From assembly GCA_051294375.1 (NCBI GenBank), contig CM119271.1, positions 800,721 to 864,720 of the forward strand: DNA of 64,000 nucleotides, written 5' to 3'. The stretch comes from Paraspadella gotoi. Taxonomy: Eukaryota > Animalia > Chaetognatha. A model generated the notes under the pieces. It worked only from the letters and a program-made list of their open reading frames with translations, was not told where the DNA came from and ran no database searches. The number at the start of each line of letters is the position of its first letter. The stretch's first letter is position 1. A program made the translations under genes and the position numbers. Of the stretch, positions 13,775-34,754 are shown piece after piece.

Positions 13775-15008
13775 TTAACTAATAGTAATAAATTAAGTGA
13801 AAAGAAGAATGTGAAATTTGAAATGTGCATTTGATTAGGGATAGATAAGTTAAAGAGAAAAGAGAAATGTAAGAATTAAGAAAGAGCTCAAAATGAGCTG
13901 GCCCCCCTTGGTAGAGCAAATGGGGGACAGGGCTGATAGGCCGGGTCATGAGTGCGTCATTGGTTGAGAGGAGAGGGCTACAGAGCTGACGATGGTTGGG
14001 TCGGGGATTTCGCCTTGTGGAAGAATTCCTAATGCCACTCTTGTCTCTCCGACTGCCCTCGTCTTGCCTGCTGACGAGGTAGGCGGTTGTCCGTTCTTGC
14101 CGCTTTTGCGACAGGAGTGGTGGACCTCCTCTCCTTTCTCCTGTAGCCGTCGTTTTGGTGGACGCTCGGCCCACAGAGAAAGGGACTGAGTTGCTACCTT
14201 TGAAGGGGAAGTTAAGTATAATAATTCTGCACAAATGATTTATTAATCTTTGCAAGGATTGATATCGATGTGGCGTGAAACTTGGCAACGCCCACTATAT
14301 TTTATTTGTTATACATAAATTTTTTAAATTCCAAAAAATAATTTTTTTTATAAATTTCCTTTTTTTTTTTACCAAACCTACGCAGAATAGCCCTAAAGAC
14401 GAATTTGACTACAGTTTTTGATTTGTTTTCAATGGATTTTCAATGATTTTGACCCACTTAAAATAATTTTCTAAAAAGAGTTATATTTCCTATTATCAAC
14501 TTTTGTGAGGAATTCGAATCTGCTTTCAAAAATGAGAAAAAAACATTTTAAAATTTTAACATTTTCTATGTATAAATATGGGCGTGTGCGAAAATTGAAA
14601 AATAAAATATAATTTTATATAAAAATGTTCACAGGTACAAGCCTGTTCGTGATCTACTATTCGAATTTTGATTCTACTTAATTTTAATATTTTTGCTATG
14701 CTTTTCTAGACAACCTTTTTCTCGCTAATGCTAAATTTCCTTCCTAAATTAACTCGGCTAATTAGTAATCCCAATACTTCTAATGTTCCTCCAATTAAAT
14801 TAGATAACTATTGATTATTTAATTTCCTATATTTAGAATTTGCTCTGACGTCTCTCTCATTCGCATCGCCGCATTCGACCCCGAATCTTGTCTCTGAAAT
14901 CGACAGCGTCTTTTTCTTTGCTTCTCGGACCCCGAATTCGTCTCGCTCAACGACGCCGGGAGATAACTTTCCGGTGTTTTCAGCACACATCCATCTCCGT
15001 CATATAAC

Positions 15009-15036
15009 CTTTCTTCAGCGCCGCCTCCGTCGCCAT
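15009..15036 (-). CDS. Possible first coding exon MATEAALKK(G) of an unidentified gene
   Basis: CpG-rich island 14840-15160; CAAGATGGCG start/YY1-like context followed by a GT donor at 15008. No downstream exon found in the window. Confidence 0.25.
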
Positions 15037-16968
15037 CTTGGTTCCATTATTCCGCGCCGCCGCCTCTTCCTGGGACTTGGGGGGGGGGGTGTGACGCTCG
15101 TTCTCCCGCTCACCGCCCCTCCCGCCGAGGAGACTTTGGGCAATAGGGTGGAGTGTTGAAAAGATTGAGTGATTGAACATTATTTTTTTGCTGCCTTTAG
15201 ATATGTAATTAACGAATTTTAAATCCTTTAAAATTGTTTTTAGCATAACAGTGTAGTAAATTCAATTATTTATGTAGTAATATCCTTATAAAATGATTGA
15301 ATTTTAAAATATTTTTTTTTAAGAACAGATTTGGATTCGCGGTAAAAAATTAAAAAACTTTTAAAAAATTTATTATTTTATAAGAATATTACTACAAATA
15401 TGTTCTATTTTATTATACTGTACCATATTAACTATACTGTTCCCGAAACAATAAGAACAAAATATATTTTGTACTAATTATATTATCTCACGTCTAAATA
15501 CTCTATTTTATCATTCAAATAATTTTTTTGTTCGAGTGCTCCACTCTATTGGCATCCCATCCTCGATCCGCGGCGCAACGGACTTGGTGAGCATGGCGCT
15601 GCTGTCAGTTTTGCAAGAATAATTGTTTTAAATTTATTTTAATTGCTATTTTGATGATATTTTTAAACGGAAAGCAATTGGGTTAAGGGTGATTAGGGGT
15701 GGCTAGGGGTAGTTAGGGTTTATTGTTAGTGGAGTTTTTTGTATTGTAATCCTTTTTTTCGTTGTGTATAAGATTTAGAAAAAGTTTGGAATTAATTTCA
15801 TCAACTATTTATTTTCTGAAATATATTTTTAATAAAAAGTGGAACTTTTTTTTCATTTTTGGGTTACGATATAGAAGCAAAAAACAAATAACCGACTGGT
15901 CGGCGAATGTAAAAATAAGCTGAGGACGTCAGTGACCTGTGTCGGTTCTCCGACCTCTCAACAAGATGATTCATGTGGAGTTCCAACGATTGATCCCACT
16001 TGACTGGACCGGGGGTGACACCGGTGGCTGGAGGAGCCTGAGCGGCGCCAACGCCGGGCAAGTTCGGGGCAGAAGTGTGCGTGTCCAATGCTTCGTCTGG
16101 GAATGAATCCGTCCATGTTGAAATCGTTTTGTCTTTTGAGAGATTTTTTTTTACTAAAGTAAGCACGAGAAGCTTGCGTAAAAAATGTGGCAAGATGGGT
16201 TCACAAATTTGGGAGAGTTGTTATTTGTAATGATTGAAATGGTAAGTAAGAAAATAGCGAAAAACGATAAACAATAGGAAGAAGGTAAGGTAGGTTAAAG
16301 AGCAGTTACCCGACCTTGGTTAAATGTCAGTTATGACAAGTTCAGTCTCCTTGTCGCGGTTGTTGTTGACGCAGCAACGTATTCCTTGCATTAAGCAAAG
16401 TAATAAAGTTAGTTATTAATAAGGACTGAAGATGAAAGCGCCGAAAGTTCAAAAGGGTACTACGGGAGTCGTCATCCAATTGTTTATATTAAATTATCAT
16501 CCAATCACTTTTTAAGTTTTATCAGTAATCATATTACCTCATTCTCTTAGAAATTCGTTTCCTATATTTAATAATATTAACATTTTCTTTCCGTAGTCAG
16601 CTCCGTAATTTTCCGTTTATTTCTATTTGACCTGGAATTAGGATTTTGGCTTTACCGCCGATTCTAGATTAGTTTACTCATATAAAATTTTATTAAAATC
16701 GGAACTAAAATCTAGACGTAATTCACGTCGATCGGTACCAAATTTATCGAAATCGAGCCACCAGGAAAAGAGACGATGTTTTCTTTACATAAATATAACG
16801 GCCCAACATTAATTTTTTTTATTTAAAAATAAACAATAGTTTGAACATTGTATTAATAAACCAAAATTATTTTTCATTCTTTTTAAAGTAACAAAGCCTA
16901 TTGTATTCCTTTCAGTAATAATTTACTTTAAAAAATAATATTTAATAAAATAATAAATATAAAATATA

Positions 16969-17053
16969 GAGATTGAGGTAAAGACGAAGTCTTTTTCAAC
17001 AACGATGGGATTTTATTTAAAAACAAAAAAGACTTCGTCTTTACCTCAATCTC
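16969..17053. repeat. Perfect ~28-bp inverted repeat (hairpin)
   Basis: GAGATTGAGGTAAAGACGAAGTCTTTTT ... AAAAAGACTTCGTCTTTACCTCAATCTC. Confidence 0.9.
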
Positions 17054-17767
17054 AATTCGATACACAATGAAAAGAAAGAATTCTCGCAATATAAAATTTA
17101 AAAAGTTTTAACCTAGTTTTAAATGAAAACAAACCAGTTTTATACTAAATATATTTTTATACATTAAAGGTGAAGTTCAATCAAAATTTTTCAAAGTGAT
17201 TGGTCAAAACAAGGAAAATGCTCGTTCTGGGCCCTGTTTTTTAAAACTGACTTCAAATTATAATAAATATTAAAGTTTATATAATAAAAAGTTTAATTTA
17301 CTTTCGCTTTCGTCTAAAAAAGTAATTTAAATAGATTATCTTAAACGTTTTAAAAGTGGGAAAATGCTCGTTCAGGGCCCGGAAGTCAATCGATTTCGAC
17401 TAAACAGCAATTTCGACCTCTCCATCAAATTTCCCACCCCAAAATTTTTTTGAAAGATTTTAATACTGTTATGCAAAATATTTTTGAAAAAGGGCTTCTT
17501 TTTTATGTTATATACAAAGGCAGCAAAAAAATGTTTCATCGCTCAATATTTTCATCACTACTGTAGATATCTTGCCTTTTGACTTTAGAGAATTTATTCA
17601 CTTTTCACTTTTAACTTATTCTTTGTACCAACTTCATAGCTTATAAATTTTTTTACTTCAAATCTTGATCAAAATTTAAAAAAAAACATTTTAAGCCAGA
17701 TTTTTTTTTTACATCAGAAATCGCAATTCTATACAAAAACGAAAAAGTCGCGAAAGTCACTTGACCA

Positions 17768-19102
17768 TCATCGGCGTTCCTCTCCCTTTTTCATCCTTAT
17801 CTCCTCCATCAAATTCTTTAAGTACCCAATCTCCATCTCCAGGCCTTCCACCTTTTTCCTCAACTCAGTGTTCTTCCTCTCCTCTTCTTCTTCCTCCTTG
17901 AAGATTGAACAAGCTTCCTGCCTCTTCTTCAAGCGGTACCGCTGCGCAGCCGTCTTGTTCTGACCCTTTTTCTTTAACCGCCGCGCCTCCAAAGCTTCGA
18001 CGCGAGACGATTTGGCGGTCTCGGCGTTGGTGGACGCGCTCGCTTTTCGGCGTCGCGGCGCTTGCTTCTGAGCGTAAGGATGGAAATGATCTATGCGTTC
18101 TGTGGTGGGGACATTCGAGGGAGGTGGAGGCATTGATGACGCTGCCTCCGTCTTAACGACAAAGGGATCGTCCTGGAGCTTTTTCGCTTTTAGTGGCGCG
18201 ATTTCCGAAAACTCAAATCGGCTCAAGTCTATCGTATAAAAGGAGGCGATGTCTAAGTCTTGATTATCGAACGCATGATTGGGCCCTGGATCCGTCAGGA
18301 CTTCGGCGTGGTTTCGGAGCGGCGGCGCCAGTTCGTCCCTTTCGTTCTCGTTTAAGCTTCCGATTTCTTTGAAGAAGGCATCGAGGTCGAAACTGTTGTC
18401 GCTGAGATCGTCGAAGAGTTTGGCGCAATGTTCGTCTGCAATGTAAATAGTAGTTGAATTACATAATCATTAGGATATTAAAAGTTGTTAGAAAGAACAA
18501 TTTTTATATGAAATTGGTACAACCAATATAAAAATTATCCATTCATTTAATAAATAAGCTATCTTGCCCCTGACTTTGGACATGTTCGTTTACCATAAAG
18601 CGAATTCAAAAGCGAACAATCTTCGCCGGGCGTCGCCGAAGCCAAGGTTGAGTCGCCTTCGAGTTTCTGAAAATAAACAAGACGTTAGAAGCTAAAATTG
18701 ATTCCTTATGTCGAACCGCCGCTCATTCCCTCACCGGTTTCTTGAGGTGGGGGCCATCCTCGACGACGTCGGTCCACTCCACGCCGAATCCGCAGTCGAG
18801 CAGCGTCTCGGGAGAGACTTCGGCAACGGCGGTCGTCGTTTCCTCGGAGAGGGTCACCACCTCTGCGCCAATCAACGGTTCTGGAGGAATTTGAAGAAGT
18901 GAAGGGCTAAATTTTAATGATGCAATACTGATGCAAATCTCAAGGTGATTAAAATTACCCGTTCCCCCTCACCTTGCCACGCGAAGCCATCAAACTTGAA
19001 GGGATCAGGTATGGACGCCTGATCCCCCGCGGCACCGTAGCCCAAATACTCGTATGCTGCGTGAAGAGACATCGTGTCGACGATCGACTTGTCCTTCAAC
19101 AT
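17768..19102 (-). CDS. ATF4: ATF4/ATF5-family bZIP transcription factor, 4 coding exons, 338 aa
   Basis: Exons 19102-18973, 18880-18735, 18666-18594 and 18435-17768; all GT-AG, phases consistent, 1017 nt. C-terminal bZIP RRLKKKGQNKTAAQRYRLKKRQE...LRKKVEGLEMEIGYLKNLMEEI matches the ATF4 pattern (QNKTAATRYRQKKR...EIQYLKDL). uORF layout is typical of ATF4. Confidence 0.88.
18918..18937. promoter_or_regulatory. Two tandem C/EBP-ATF response elements (CARE/AARE) in the ATF4 intron
   Basis: TGATGCAAT (18918-18926) and TGATGCAAA (18929-18937), 11 bp apart. Confidence 0.6.
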
Positions 19103-19163
19103 TTAATCGGTGGGATTTTTCGATGATGCTCGAGAGAGCTCCTTTGGCGGTTGGGGAAGCCAT
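19005..19163 (-). promoter_or_regulatory. Inhibitory uORF overlapping the ATF4 start out of frame (52 aa)
   Basis: ACCATGG at 19163, 61 nt upstream of the main ATG (19102); stop at 19005, inside the CDS. Confidence 0.75.
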
Positions 19164-19288
19164 GGTTGTCTGGTAATGAAATAAGGTGAAAGTTAGTGAG
19201 GCTGGCAAAGCTATACGACGACGAAAAAAAAAAATTAAGACGCTCTTGGGGGGGGATATGGGAAATAAACCATTTGGGTTCTTAATAG

Positions 19289-19327
19289 TTATCGCAAGAC
19301 GTTCCCGATCCGGGCATCAACGGCCAT
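19289..19327 (-). promoter_or_regulatory. 12-aa uORF in a putative ATF4 5'UTR exon (19383-19271)
   Basis: AAAATGGCC start, MAVDARIGNVLR*. Acceptor TTCTAATCCACAG at 19384; weak donor at 19270. Confidence 0.45.
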
Positions 19328-20076
19328 TTTTCGCAGCCGCCTCGTGCCTCACCCGAGGCGAGAATGATCAAGATAATAAAATTCTGTGGATTAGAACGAG
19401 AAAACGAATATGTACGTTTTCAAAGATCAAGAGGCTTATTTTTACATTCGCCGACCGGGATTTTGTGGTCAGTTATTTGTTTTTTGCTTCTTATGAGCAA
19501 CATATAGAAATCTCGCTACGGAAAAAAAAAGACACTAATAAGAGTAAAAAAACTTTATATTACAAATTTTATTTCGAAACCTTTGCGAACCCGAACTACC
19601 CGTAATCCAAAACCACCCATAATCCTAACCACCCCTAATCCCTAACCAGTAATCACTTTTAACCCAATTGCTAACCGTTTAAAAATTATAAAATCAAAAT
19701 CTTGTTGCGTTATTTGTTTGATTTGTTTACGCACAATTAGTTTTATTAAGAAACAAAGTTCGGACATGTTTCGGTTTCAATCAGCGCAAAAATGTACTTA
19801 TTTGTGAAACAAATATTTTTACAGACTTCGAAGTTTGAAGAAAGAGTCTGTAAAAAAATTTGTTTCACAAATCAATTCATTTTTGGGCTGGTGAAGGCTT
19901 ACATTGAAGCCAAAACATGTCCAAAATTTATGTTTTACTTTTTACCTTTAACATAAAAATAGCAGGCTAAATTTTACTTTAGCGGACCGCGGTTTTGGCG
20001 GCTTTTTAAAAACCACTTAGAAATATTTATTTAGAAACAATTTTTTAAAAAATTACTCAATTACCCTAGCCCTCTA

Positions 20077-20268
20077 TGGTGGACTAAAATCCACCAACCG
20101 TTCATCAGCGGCCATTGGTTCTGGAGGCAAGTCATTCGCCTCCTAACACAGAGGGACGGGGCGCTTAACCCGCCTGTAACACGGTGTTACAGCTTGATCC
20201 GAAGCTCAGGAACTGCTTATATTGAACGGTTCTGTCACTAACATAAAACAATAATTACTGTCTCTTCA
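20077..20268 (+). mobile_element. tRNA/twister solo LTR, family F1, copy A (internally deleted)
   Basis: TG...CA termini with perfect 6-bp TSD CCTCTA (20071-20076, 20269-20274). Twister core at 20151-20216; tRNA T-arm and P5 5' strand are deleted. Confidence 0.8.
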
Positions 20269-20616
20269 CCTCTACACTAACTACCCCATGCCCACCCTTA
20301 ACCCTAACCCCGGTCGGCGAAATGAAAAGTAACCCAAATAATTAAAATAAATTTAAAACAATTATTATTAATTATAAAATTTAAAAAATTGTATTACTGC
20401 ACAAAAAAGTGTATATTATAGCGCAAACTGAGACTGGACGCGAAAGGGAAAACAAAAATGGATTAACAAACCACCGACCGTTTGTAGCTAAGGTTGGTTG
20501 CGGACGTCGAATAGTAAAGTTACCCATTATATTACATAATATTAGTATTATTACTCACTTTTTATGATTTGTCGAACGCAAACCGAAGTTTGCAGTGGGC
20601 GTTGGGGGGAGGTCGT

Positions 20617-20628
20617 TTAAGCTGCCAT
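20617..20628 (-). promoter_or_regulatory. ATF4 uORF1 (M-A-A-stop) in exon 1
   Basis: AAAATGGCAGCTTAA in a GC-rich exon ending at a GTGAGT donor (20558). A CARE-like TGACGCAA lies upstream at 20941-20948. Confidence 0.7.
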
Positions 20629-21361
20629 TTTAAATTTGTAATAATTTATTTGCTTCTAAGACGATCGAAGTTGCCAGGGAAGAATGAAGGAGAGTCCGGC
20701 TCGGGAGGTGCGGGTGGAGACGGCGTGGTCCAAGAATTTTCTAGAAGATATTCCTCCGCGGGATTTTTGTAAAAATATAGAATGAATAAGTGACCAGAGA
20801 GACGGAAAAACCTTTTTCTTTTTAAGATGTTGCTCGGCTTTTCGTTATCAGTTTAAATTTCTTGGTATTGTTCCGTAAAATTGGAGAACTACTTTTTATT
20901 ATAGATTCGCGGAAGGATTTGGTTGTAAAAAGGACGTATGTTGCGTCAGCCCTTAAATTTCTTTTTGCGTGTGAGGCTGAGGTGGACGTGCGAGGATATT
21001 AACACGGTACACGCAGACGTCGTGGGATTCGTTAATGAAAAATTGCAAGATTACTTGTTAAATTACTTAATTAGACTTTAAAATTTTATATTAAAAATTT
21101 AAAATGTAACAATTTTATAAATTTCACTATATATTAGATTTAATTATATTATTTATATATTCTTTATTCGTAACGATGATTATTTTATCAGCCTCTCTTG
21201 CTTTAAAGTTTAATGCCTTATCAGTGGGAAGAACAAGAACAATGAAGTTTAAGATTTTTTTGACGAATCGCCTCAAGCTGGGGTTGTCGTGAAACAAGGG
21301 AAAAATGTGGTTTACCAGTAAAATTCGAGTGTCGCTATTCAATGACGCTATTCAATGACGG

Positions 21362-21563
21362 TGTAGAGGCACATAAATACATTTTATTGACAATAATTAT
21401 TGACACACAAAAAGACATGCTCAATCGTTGAGAGGCTAAGAGAGACTCTCGAGGGAGAGAGAGAGGGTGTCGATGGTCTGAAACCTGCTTCCCTCGCGAC
21501 CATACAACAGACTGACTAACTGGGGTCAACCCCGTGGTGGCGAAACCATCGTCACCATAAGCA
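21362..21563 (-). mobile_element. Conventional solo LTR (family L3)
   Basis: TG...TACA ends with AATAAA near the 3' end. Homologous to 40186-40504 (ATGG.GACGA.GGTTTCGC..CACCACGGGGT.GACCC.AGTTAG). Confidence 0.5.
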
Positions 21564-22023
21564 ATAAGCATAACTGAAAAATGTCTATAATTTCAAATTT
21601 TGTCTATTTCAGCCGTTAAGATAGCTTATTTATTGATTTTTATATTGGTTGTACCAATTTCAATTTCAGCATGTACAGAATTATTTATTTACACTATAGA
21701 CACAGACACACTGATAGAGGGAATGCCCAGAATCTTTGACAAGAGGAAAATTCTAACGAGTCATGTAAATGTTTTACGTACAAAATTAAAAGTAGGTAAT
21801 TCGCGAACGCGGCTTTACGCAAGAAGTTCCATGTTTAATCGCACTGATAGTCGCAGGGGGTACTTGAATTGAGGTCTTAGAGGTGTTCGGTTAGCGTTCA
21901 GCCATCAAAAACCTAAAACCGGCAATAATTACAAATTTTTAATGATTATGTGCACTGTGCAGTTTTCAGACTCTAAACTGGCATAATAATAATTGTTTTT
22001 AGCGAAATAACATCAGCGTTTAT

Positions 22024-30959
<8,936 letters not shown>

Positions 30960-33109
30960 TGCATTCATCTCATCGTCGAGGGTTGAATTGTTTTCGAAAA
31001 AAATTTTATAAATTTTTTGCGGAGGCAAATCTTCTTATTAAGTTTTATTATTATTTTTTCTCTGTGCGCTGAAATGTCAATGTCGTCTGTGTTATCGAAA
31101 CAAAAAGACATCGCTTCGTCGATATTCATTTTTTTTAATTCATATTTTTCATGTACAACTTTCGCTGTTTCAGTATTTACCTTCAAGCACCGTCTCGCAA
31201 GATATAACTAGAAACTTCCGGGCCGAATGTGTGACAGAGAGAGAGAGAAATTGAAAGTGTGTCGCTTCCACCTGCTCGCCCTCGTTCGGGGTGAGATTTC
31301 GTCACCTTTTTTTTCTCTCATCTTTGTTCTATTCGCGGAAGCTAGATGCCAGTAGCGAAGCGGTGATTGTCTCTCCCGTTATAGTTGGATATTTTTCCTG
31401 GAATTTTTTAAAATTTTGTTAATATTTGGATTTATTTATGGATTAGCTCGAATATAGGGCTTAGAGGATATTAATTATATTTAAAAAAGAAAAACCTTTT
31501 TCGTATTTTGTAACATTAACAATTTTCTCTCTTCACTGGTTGTTAACAGGTTTTTTAATTTTATATCTAAATTTCTTCTCGTCTGTTCTGACTATTCAGC
31601 AAATATTAATTATAAAAATAAAAAAAATGGTCAATCTACTTTTTGTTCCTTATTTCCTTAGTACTTCTAAAATCTAAAACCAACTTTTTTCTCTACCGAG
31701 TCTTATGTAGTTTCTTATGGAAATCAATAAAATCGACAAACATGACTAGTTATTAAAAATAACCAACTATTTAATTTTCCCTTTTGCTATTTAACTTTTA
31801 TGTTTATCACAATTATCACAAGGTGAATCACAACCGCGCGTGGCTTTCCCGTTTTTCCAGTTTTCGAGTTTGAACGAAAAGAAGTTGACGCAACAGTGAG
31901 AAAAATCAAGATCTCTCTCTCTCTCCTCTTATCCAAAGCGTCTCATTTCTGTTCCATTACCCTGGAATTTAAGTTTTTCCTTAATATTTTTTATTTAAAT
32001 AAACTTATAACCTAATCCTTATTCCTAATCTCTAACCCTTATCCCTAACATAATTATTAATTTTTAAACCTAACCCATAACCTTAAACCCTAATCCCTAA
32101 CTTCTTAACCCTAATAATTAACCAACTCTCAAACCTTAAATTAACTAAGGAGTAGTGTTTCCTTAACCGTTAATTTTTCTACAACATTGGTTAACCGTAA
32201 ACGGTTAAAATCGGTTAATTTAGTGACTTAGCTTATTTGATAATATAAATGCAAAAGAAGGAAAACAATTAAAACTTTGTATTCGAATCTTATTTCAATA
32301 TATAGGATGCAATAATAAAGCAAAGGAAGACACTGAATTATAATAGAAATCTCAATGATGGCGATTACGAGATTCTATCTTTTTTTAAATTTAATAGTTA
32401 TCTTTAAAAAGTGTCAACAGTTAAAGTTTTGAGTTAAGAGATAAAATTGCTTTTGCACTTCTCTGCTTAGACTGCAGAATATATTATTTTCAAATGTGGT
32501 GCTTGTTCACCTGTTGCGTAAAAAAACCTATTTTTTAAAAAAACTTTCATAAAGCATTATGCTGATTTGTTTTTACTCATCTCAGCCCACAAAAATTTAA
32601 GGATACGCTCTGTTTTAAAGTGTGCAATCTTAACAGTTTCCAAAATAAATTTTTAATACTCATTCATGGCAGGTCAATACAAAAAAAAATTGAAATAACT
32701 TGGTATATATCATGCTCGTAATATCAAGCGTTACGGCGTCGTCCGTCCCTTGAAAGTGTGACGTAGGTTTTCATGAATCTTTTCCGCTGAATATGTCGTA
32801 AATGATGAATGAAAAGTAGAGATGAAGATTTAGAAACTTGTCTTTTATATCAAAATGTCCATAAAAATCCTATAAAACACAAGTTCAGGACGGTCGATGC
32901 TACTTTTTGAAAGTCATGAGTCCCGCACTATCATCGATTTAAGTAAGATGCAATTTTTTTTTAGTTTAAGAAAAGAAAACCTGTAGAATGAAGGAGCAAC
33001 TGTAGATTTTTGTCAGCCAACCTTCAACCGACAATCCTCTCTCTCTCTCTCTCACTCCCCTCCTGCCATTCCTAGTCATCTTTTTTTATTATTATTATTA
33101 TTCTCTTTC

Positions 33110-33164
<55 letters not shown>

Positions 33165-33415
33165 GCGACCAGAGCGGTTTTTATCAAACTTATATAAGTT
33201 AGAGAAAGAAAAAGAGAGAAATACTTGTCTGAAGAATGAAACTTGGTCATAGGAAAAGACTCAGACAATTGCACCAATTTATTTCTCATTGAGTAATTTT
33301 TCGCTAAAAAATTGAATTTACCTGGAAAAAAAAATTCAATGACTTTAAAAAAAGTGTGTACTGTTTAATTACATATTTTTCTGTTTTAGTGATTTCAAAT
33401 TTTTTTTTATAGTAT

Positions 33416-33653
33416 TGTAGTTTTGAGTATTTCATACCCCACTACTCGTCCGAGAATCAGCAGCACCTATGGCGCCGGAGGTAGCAAGACCTCCTCCCAA
33501 CCCAAAGGACTCGGGTTCGCGCCCTGCTGATTCACACAAGTAAAAGCGGGACGGGGCGTCTAACCCACCTGTAGTGTCGGACTACAGCCCGATCCGAAGT
33601 TCGGGACCTTGTGTGCAACGGACGGTAAACTGCTCGCGGCATCGTCTTCCACT
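33416..33653 (+). mobile_element. tRNA/twister solo LTR, divergent subfamily F1b
   Basis: Starts TGTAGT; tRNA-like head (TGGCGCCGGAGG ... GGGTTCGCGCCC) inside a GAATCAGCAG/CTGCTGATTC stem. Inserted into an H2 HINE, with GTAT repeated at both flanks. Confidence 0.75.
33533..33615 (+). ncRNA. Type-P5 twister ribozyme (F1b)
   Basis: CACACAAG-TAAAA-GCGG-GACGG-GGCGTC-U^AA-CCC-AC-CTGTAGT/ACTACAG-CCCGA-UCCGAAGU-TCGGG-AC-CTTGTGTG. T2 is AC/GU, compensatory to GC/GC in F1. Predicted cut at 33561/33562. Confidence 0.82.
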
Positions 33654-34171
33654 GTATATTCCTTTGCATTTACGGCGGGTTCCAACTATTTTTTAAAAAA
33701 ACTATTATGTATCCCAATAATAACTTTCGAATCGATCATAGTGTCTCGCCAAATTACGACTCGGAGATCGACAAAAGAATGACAAAAGACGAAATAACTA
33801 ATAGTAAATAATTTGGCCGAACGCGTGAGGACAACTTAAGTACGGTCAAAAAATAAGAGGGAAAAAGAAAATAACTGAAGCGAAACATAATATAAAATAA
33901 ATAAATAAAAAATATAAAAACTTATATTAGTCTGATTTGAGCGCTTCACTTTGTTTTAAGAAAATTTTTTCTGAAACATAATAAGTTGAAGTAAACAAAA
34001 TATTTTTTACCAAAATATCTAAATTAGAGAAAATAAAATGTAACCGATTTTAACCGTTAAAATAAAAAAATTAACGATTAAGTTAAAAAAAATTTTAACC
34101 GTTATTAACGGTTAATTTTTAACGGTTAAGGAATCTCTACTCAGGAGTGAACGACACTCCGCTCACTTGCT

Positions 34172-34356
34172 TTTTCTCAGCACGCCCCATCTAATCTTGA
34201 ATTTAGAATTACATTAATTTTTTTAGTTAAAAGATTAAGAAATGGATAGTAATTAAGTTAGTGATTAAGGCTTAATCCATAACCAAATCCTTAATCCTTT
34301 AACTAAAAAAATTAATGTAATTCTAAATTTAAGATTAGATGGGGCTTTCTGAGAAA
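34172..34356. repeat. Foldback/MITE with ~65-bp arms
   Basis: TTTCTCAG..GCCCCATCTAATCTTGAATTTAGAATTACATTAATTTT... and its reverse complement ending GATGGGGC..CTGAGAAA. Confidence 0.75.
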
Positions 34357-34754
34357 ATAGTAGACTGTACAGGGTTCGGACCCCCCATAAGAAAAATTAC
34401 TATTTCCTTTGATAATTTGTACTTATTTAGAGGAGAGATGAACGATATAGATCATAGAGAAAAATGTAAAATGAATTTTTTAAAGCGAAGGCTTGTTGTC
34501 TTCATTGAAATTGTTAAGAATGCGTTAAAGAATAGCATCATTTTTTGGCAGAATAAACTGGTGAGAAGTTGGGAGTAACATATTGTTGTATTTTGATGCA
34601 AGCGTAGTACAATATAGTACAGCAGGATTGGCATTAAAAAAACCATCCAAAAAAACCCACCCAAAAAAAAACCCAAAAAAACCTGCTAAAAAAACCAATT
34701 TGATTTCAAATTGACGCTGAGGAAAGCTTGAATTAAAGCCAAAACATGTACGTT

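Larger units (their letters stand above)
32153..34139. mobile_element. Non-autonomous hAT-like element with nested HINE and twister LTR
   Basis: TIRs TAGTGTTTCCTTAACCGTTAA / TTAACGGTTAAGGAATCTCTA; 8-bp TSD CTAAGGAG/CTCAGGAG; subterminal TTAACCG repeats. Confidence 0.7.
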
